Part shown: piece after piece, positions 59,108 through 64,000 of the stretch
Numbering within the stretch: the first letter of the stretch is position 1
Layout of the letters: every line of letters starts with the position of its first letter
Assembly (NCBI GenBank): GCA_048938025.1
Contig: JBHLMP010000004.1
Location: 44,903 to 108,902 of the forward strand
Direction: 5' to 3'
DNA: 64,000 nt
DNA from: Promethearchaeota archaeon
GTDB lineage: Archaea > Asgardarchaeota > Lokiarchaeia > Sigyniarchaeales > SOKP01
Notes under the pieces: model-generated
Databases searched by the model: none
The model's input: the letters and a program-made list of their open reading frames with translations, nothing else
Told to the model about the DNA's origin: nothing
Program-made: the position numbers and the translations under genes

Positions 59108-59428
59108 TTATCTTTTCTTAAATATTGCCTTCCTTCCTCCAATAATAATTAAGGGTACTGTCTCAAGAATTATGAGGAATACATAAGAATTTCCAAAAGG
59201 TTTTATAGCTCCATCAACATCATTCTCATAGAACACCTGAAGGCATCTATATAGATGTATCTGCTTCTGATGAAACTATTAAAATAATGGGTTGGATCTT
59301 TTCTATATTGGAGAAGTATTAAATATTACCGCTGGAAGTTTTTTACTAGCTTATTCCGTTGAATTAGGTGAACGGTATCTAGGGATGGCTGCACTTTTTT
59401 TCATAATAAGAGGTTTCTTATACGCCAT
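59108..59428 (-). pseudogene. degraded remnant of a membrane-anchored surface protein
   Basis: One frame with several stops, ending IKPFGNSYVFLIILETVPLIIIGGRKAIFKKR*, which looks like a C-terminal sorting/TM anchor with a basic tail. Confidence 0.4.
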
Positions 59429-59598
59429 TAGAATTATATACTTTTTGCCAGTATTATAATCCTTATGTAATATTATAATTACTCTTTTTTTTCATATTAA
59501 TAAGTATTTATAAGATAATAAAATAAAAAAATAATAGAACGTTAAATAAAAGTAAAAATTTATAATAATTGATATTAAACATAAATCTACTCGAGATT

Positions 59599-60420
59599 AT
59601 GGTTAAAAGTAGAACTAATTTCCCAAGGGAAGGAGAATTTGTAATTGGCAAGGTAAAGCAGATTGAAAACCAATACGTCTATTTAGATTTAGTCGATTAT
59701 ACAGGATTAGCTTCTGAAGAATTCGCAAAAGGGTTCATTCATGTATCTGAAATATCTTCAAGGTGGATAAAGAACATCCGTAATTATGTTAGGATTGGTC
59801 AAAGAGTTGTACTTCGAGTATTAAGAGTTGATCAACAAAAAGGACATGTTGATTTGTCATTAAGAAGAGTGAATTCGGCTCAGAAAGAAAACAGGTTAAA
59901 AGAATGGAAATATGCTGTTAAATTTGAAAATTTATTACAATTTCTTACTGAAACAGAAGGTATTAATCTTACCCTAGATCAAGCTTATGATTTGATTGGT
60001 TGGCCAGTTCTAAATCAGTTTGACTCTTATCAAGAAGCTCTTGAAGTTCTTAAAGAAAATGGTGTTGAAATATTAAATGATTTAGAAGGTGTGTCAGAGG
60101 ATGTTAAGAAAATATTATTAAAAATCATTGAAGAAAATGTAAAGATTTCAACGGTAGTTATATCAGGAAAAATAAGGCTATCGTTTAACTCCGAAAATGG
60201 AATTGACCAAATCAAAGAATCTTTGATTGAAGCTAAGGGAATAATTGAGTCAAAAGAAACTCGAAGTATAAATATAAGTTATATTGCGGCACCGCTTTAT
60301 CGATTAGAAATTATTTCAAAAGATTATTTAGACGCAGAAAATATTTTATCAGACGCTCTTGAAATTATCGAGCAAAAGACAGAACAATATAATGGTAATT
60401 TTGAATTTATTCGAGACTAA
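59599..60420 (+). CDS. eif2a: translation initiation factor 2 alpha subunit
   Basis: FPREGEFV, HVSEISSRWIKNIR, KGHVDLSLRRV and APLYR motifs; ATG at 59599. Confidence 0.95.
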   Translation: MVKSRTNFPREGEFVIGKVKQIENQYVYLDLVDYTGLASEEFAKGFIHVSEISSRWIKNIRNYVRIGQRVVLRVLRVDQQKGHVDLSLRRVNSAQKENRLKEWKYAVKFENLLQFLTETEGINLTLDQAYDLIGWPVLNQFDSYQEALEVLKENGVEILNDLEGVSEDVKKILLKIIEENVKISTVVISGKIRLSFNSENGIDQIKESLIEAKGIIESKETRSINISYIAAPLYRLEIISKDYLDAENILSDALEIIEQKTEQYNGNFEFIRD

Positions 60421-60611
60421 TGAATATGACAAAATATCTTCAAAAATGTAAAGAATGCAATAAATACGGATTACAGAATCCAGAATCAAAATGCCGTTAT
60501 TGCGGTGGTCAATTAATAAATCCCAAACCACCTAAATTCTCCTTAATGGATAAGTATGGAAAATATCGATTAAAATATTTCAAAGAAGATTTCGATAAGA
60601 AATTTAAATAA
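60420..60611 (+). CDS. nop10: H/ACA RNP subunit Nop10
   Basis: CKEC...CRYCGG...PPKFSLMDKYGKYR; follows aIF2alpha. Confidence 0.92.
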   Translation: MNMTKYLQKCKECNKYGLQNPESKCRYCGGQLINPKPPKFSLMDKYGKYRLKYFKEDFDKKFK

Positions 60612-60612
60612 A

Positions 60613-61281
60613 TTAAGAGAGTTCTATTTTTTCTGCAAATTTTTCATAAATAAGGATTTTAGCATTCTCAAAAGGCAAATTTGCAATATCTTCTTTTTCA
60701 AACGGACCATAATTTATAAGATCAATTCCTACTAATGGAGGGGTTTTTTTCAAAAATCTTATTAGAGTATAATTAAAATCTTCCTTTGTTTCTTTAATTA
60801 CTGATTCAAAAATCTTAGCAGTTTTATCCTCACTCAACATTTTAGGTTTATCACCCCGGATTTCTTTACCTACTTCTATTACGCCTATTTTTTCAGGAAT
60901 TATGTCCTCAATTTCTTCATAAAGAGAATGTCTCTTTAATTTCTTATATCCTTTAATAGAACTTACTAAATTTTGATAAAATAATTTTTCAGCTTCAATA
61001 ACGTCATCTAAATCAATTTCTTTCAATGTTAAAGCAAAATTTATTATTTTAATTTCTCGAATCTTTAAGAGATCCTTAAATAAATAATTGAAATTATCCT
61101 TATAAGATTCTAATAGTTGACTCTTTATATCATCTTTTTTCTCTTCTTCATAATCGTTTACATTGGTGATAAGTTTTTTATATTCATCAAAAATATCTTG
61201 AGATAGAGCTGTTAATTCTGTTTGTTGAAATTCATTGAGCCAATGCTGATATAACTTCTCGTAATCCTTTCTTAATATCAT
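60613..61281 (-). CDS. GINS complex subunit (Gins51/Gins15 type)
   Basis: Helical A domain (LLKIREIKII) and C-terminal B domain (IRFLKKTPPLVGIDLINYGPFEKEDIANLP); downstream of priS. Confidence 0.88.
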   Translation of the reverse strand: MILRKDYEKLYQHWLNEFQQTELTALSQDIFDEYKKLITNVNDYEEEKKDDIKSQLLESYKDNFNYLFKDLLKIREIKIINFALTLKEIDLDDVIEAEKLFYQNLVSSIKGYKKLKRHSLYEEIEDIIPEKIGVIEVGKEIRGDKPKMLSEDKTAKIFESVIKETKEDFNYTLIRFLKKTPPLVGIDLINYGPFEKEDIANLPFENAKILIYEKFAEKIELS

Positions 61282-61346
61282 AAAAATTGAAATAGACACT
61301 TAATAGTAAATAATAAATTAAATTCACATAAAACTTTATTATTTAT

Positions 61347-62624
61347 TTAAATTGATTTTGCAACTTCTCTACATAATAAAAAAACAGCTACATGATGGGG
61401 GACCTCAATTAAATCTCCTTTTTTGTAAGGTCCATATCTTTTACCTTTGATTTTTGTTATAGGAACGTCATTTTCTATGATTTTTAGTTTATGGGTATTC
61501 TTTTTACCTAGAAATACAATTGGATCAAGCTTTTCCTTACTTTCATCTAAAGGGTTAAAATCATCAAATTCATCTAGAGCAATTTCTTGGACTTTAAACC
61601 CTGTCTTCCCATGTAAAGAACCGGGATATCTAATAAGTCTATGAATATCAATTGTAACAGGTATATCAATTTCCACTCCAATTTCTTTCACAATACCTCT
61701 TAAAAATTTTTTCCATGTGTCTGGAGTAAAACCTTCTATAGACCATATATTTCTTTCGTTAATCGATAACATTTCCAGAAATTCATCTTTATAATTCAAT
61801 AATGATTTTATAGTTGGTGAATTTAACCCAAATTTTCTTTTATTAATCAATAAGTCATTTATCTCGGAATTAGGCTTCTTTAAAATTTTCTCTATGTAAT
61901 CCATTATTTTTCCTGCCCATCCAATATTATCTTTGAAAAATCCATAGACAATATTTCTATGTTCCCTTAATCCTAAAATTTCAAATGAGATGTTTTGACC
62001 TGTTATGTAATCAGCGAGTTCCCTTCTTTCTTCACTTAATAAAGATCTTACTCTTTCATTTTCAATTTTTAAGTGATAACCTCTATGACCTGAAAATGCT
62101 ATTTTTATTTCTTCGGTATTGATTCCAAAATCTGGAATCAAAAAATCGTAAATCAATTTTATCATTTCATTTTTAGCAACATTTAAGCAATCTTCACAAA
62201 TCCAACTCAATCTTTCTAACTTTAAATTTCCACATTTTGAACATTTTTCTGGCATTCCTTTTCCTCTTTTATTACATTCTTTACAATGCCAGATATCATG
62301 CTCTTCTTTACATGGAGTATAAAAATGATCCACATCAATATCTATAATCAAATCGCAGCCTTGATAACCTTTTCCTTCCATATCTGGAATTTCTGGTTGA
62401 GAATAAAGTGAACCACTTGAATAAGCATGTCTTGGAGCTTTTATTTTAAAAAAATCTATTAAACTTTTTGAATTTTCAAAGCTAAGATGTCTTTCCATTA
62501 CTTGTTCTTCCCAAGGGATGAAACCATATTCTCGTTTATTGAAAAAACTAACCATTGGAATTTTAGAGTAATTCTCTTCATAGTACCGTTGAAAAATCCG
62601 TTTTAAATAAAACCTTTCAGTCAT
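61347..62624 (-). CDS. priS: DNA primase catalytic subunit
   Basis: REYGF, DLIIDIDVD, FSGHRGYH and DIHRLIRYPGSLHGKTG motifs; likely ATG at 62624. Confidence 0.95.
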   Translation of the reverse strand: MTERFYLKRIFQRYYEENYSKIPMVSFFNKREYGFIPWEEQVMERHLSFENSKSLIDFFKIKAPRHAYSSGSLYSQPEIPDMEGKGYQGCDLIIDIDVDHFYTPCKEEHDIWHCKECNKRGKGMPEKCSKCGNLKLERLSWICEDCLNVAKNEMIKLIYDFLIPDFGINTEEIKIAFSGHRGYHLKIENERVRSLLSEERRELADYITGQNISFEILGLREHRNIVYGFFKDNIGWAGKIMDYIEKILKKPNSEINDLLINKRKFGLNSPTIKSLLNYKDEFLEMLSINERNIWSIEGFTPDTWKKFLRGIVKEIGVEIDIPVTIDIHRLIRYPGSLHGKTGFKVQEIALDEFDDFNPLDESKEKLDPIVFLGKKNTHKLKIIENDVPITKIKGKRYGPYKKGDLIEVPHHVAVFLLCREVAKSI

Positions 62625-62631
62625 TTTTTTC

Positions 62632-63798
62632 TTAAATTTTATCCTTATTTTTGATCTTAGAGGATTGATATTGTTTATATTGAATGTAAAATAATGGATG
62701 AGAGATTTTTTTTTGATTATTATTCTTTTTTGAAAAATAGCCATCTAAGCATAATTCATCATTATGCTTTTGAGCCATACATAAATTTAATGATTTAATT
62801 GTGGAACATGCATGAGGAACATAACCTTTTTTTCTTGCGAATTCTACTTGGTATGTGGTTTTTTTTTCGTCATAGTCTGGTTGTTTTGAAAAGATATTGA
62901 TAATAAATTCTTTTGGATAATTAAGAGCTAATAAAAAGAAAACAATGATTAATCTTTCTGTGTGTTGAAGGTTTTGACCTATTTCTGCTTTCATTAGAAT
63001 CTCATTCATGCATGGAGGAAAATTTTTTGATATGTCTTCTCCCTTTTTAAATGCTGTTTCAAAAGAATACTCAAACCTTTCTTTTTTCAACTCCCAATCC
63101 GATATTATCCTATCATACAAATCTTTGAATTCCTGAATTTTTAGGAGATCTTCTTTGAGATTATTTATATTCTCTTTATCTCCCTCAAACTTTAAGATTT
63201 TCATACGTACATACTCTTGTATTAATCTACTCAGGTTCTTAGGACGGAGATATACATATCCATCTTTAAGAGGATTATTAATCAATTTTCGAAAATCATC
63301 CTTTAATCTAGAGGATAATTTTAAATAATCTGAAAAATGTATTTTAAATTTGGTTTGTAGGGTTTCTAGTTGATCTTTTATAGCAATTTTCCTAAATATG
63401 ATTGGCTCTTGCTCATATTTAATGTCAAGTTTTAAATCTTTACAGATCGAATATAAATTAGAATCATTTTCAGTTGCTAGTTCATTATACGTTATTTTAG
63501 AGTATAAGTTTGCTACTCTATAAGAGATTGATTTGTTATTGAGTATAATTAATAACATCCTTAAAGATAAATAGAAATAGATGTTTAAATCATCTATTTT
63601 GTAATAAGAGAAATATTCTAAATTATCAAAAGCAGATTTGAAGAATTCATAGATTCTATCCCGTAGAACCTCTTTAGAAGAATCTGTAATAATATCTTTA
63701 ATGAATTCTATAGGATTTATAGAAGCAAGATCTGAACAATATATTTTTAAAGAAGGAAGCCAAGGATAGTGTTTTATTAAATCAAAATCATTACTCAT
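62632..63798 (-). CDS. priL: DNA primase large subunit
   Basis: FPPCM, HTER, PDYDEKKTTYQV and C-terminal Fe-S cysteines. Confidence 0.92.
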   Translation of the reverse strand: MSNDFDLIKHYPWLPSLKIYCSDLASINPIEFIKDIITDSSKEVLRDRIYEFFKSAFDNLEYFSYYKIDDLNIYFYLSLRMLLIILNNKSISYRVANLYSKITYNELATENDSNLYSICKDLKLDIKYEQEPIIFRKIAIKDQLETLQTKFKIHFSDYLKLSSRLKDDFRKLINNPLKDGYVYLRPKNLSRLIQEYVRMKILKFEGDKENINNLKEDLLKIQEFKDLYDRIISDWELKKERFEYSFETAFKKGEDISKNFPPCMNEILMKAEIGQNLQHTERLIIVFFLLALNYPKEFIINIFSKQPDYDEKKTTYQVEFARKKGYVPHACSTIKSLNLCMAQKHNDELCLDGYFSKKNNNQKKISHPLFYIQYKQYQSSKIKNKDKI

Positions 63799-63919
63799 AT
63801 TTTATATAATCTCCGATTAAAAATATCTTTCTCTTAATTAAAAAGAATGATTTGATTAGGCTTTAATAATTTAAGAGTAAAGGGATTTAATATAACTTTA
63901 TTAGAATTAAAGCTTTGGG

Positions 63920-64000
63920 TTAGAACTCATCCATATCTTCATCTTCTTCAAATTCTACCTCTTCGACTCTAGGGGCAAGGAAATAACTTAGTTCTCCACC
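63920..64000 (-). CDS. pcn: PCNA C-terminus (partial)
   Basis: Manual translation GGELSYFLAPRVEEVEFEEDEDMDEF*; lies upstream of priL. Confidence 0.85.
   Translation of the reverse strand, partial: GGELSYFLAPRVEEVEFEEDEDMDEF

Noticed and set aside
59240-59310. CTGATGA next to the palindrome catctatatagatg, suggesting a hammerhead ribozyme or C/D box RNA
   Set aside because: There is no GAAA after a stem II and no matching D box. The sequence lies within the decayed minus-strand coding remnant.
889-61644. Numerous 60-120 aa ORFs antisense to or nested in long genes (e.g. 5892..6122, 10823..11149, 25384..25728, 47478..47840)
   Set aside because: These are shadow ORFs overlapping well-supported genes, with F/S/I-rich composition typical of the reverse complement of K/E-rich coding sequence.
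1-64000. tRNA, rRNA, CRISPR array or IS transposase
   Set aside because: Manual reading found no GC-rich cloverleaf or rRNA-like segment, no regularly spaced repeats, and no transposase or integrase motifs. Small RNAs could still have been missed without a covariance search.

Overview
Very AT-rich archaeal chromosomal segment. The gene content points to an Asgard archaeon, most likely Lokiarchaeia (inference): Arf/Rag-like small GTPases, a longin-like protein, a divergent EF-2 paralog, AglB/STT3 with a long extension, TFB, aIF5B, aEF-1A, aIF2alpha, Nop10, GINS, PriS/PriL, PCNA and bacterial-type uvrAB. The right two-thirds is mostly housekeeping and the first ~13 kb is accessory/metabolic. 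I found no tRNA, rRNA or CRISPR array. The main finding is that the acetyl-CoA synthetase gene (8634-10646, minus strand) is not frameshifted. It is interrupted by an exact 30-nt insertion, with an in-frame UAA, inside the conserved WQ^TETGG motif. By hand, the insertion and its flanks fold into a bulge-helix-bulge (BHB)-like structure, making it a candidate mRNA micro-intron spliced by the tRNA endonuclease. The gene sits tail-to-tail with a large free-standing LAGLIDADG endonuclease fusion. Other observations include an unannotated Mrr-nuclease/LRR fusion at the left edge, a duplicated gene 3' end, a small GTPase that needs a non-canonical start codon, a pseudo-GTPase/TPR protein and a wHTH insertion in Taw1. 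All calls come from manual motif reading, with no database search or folding software.
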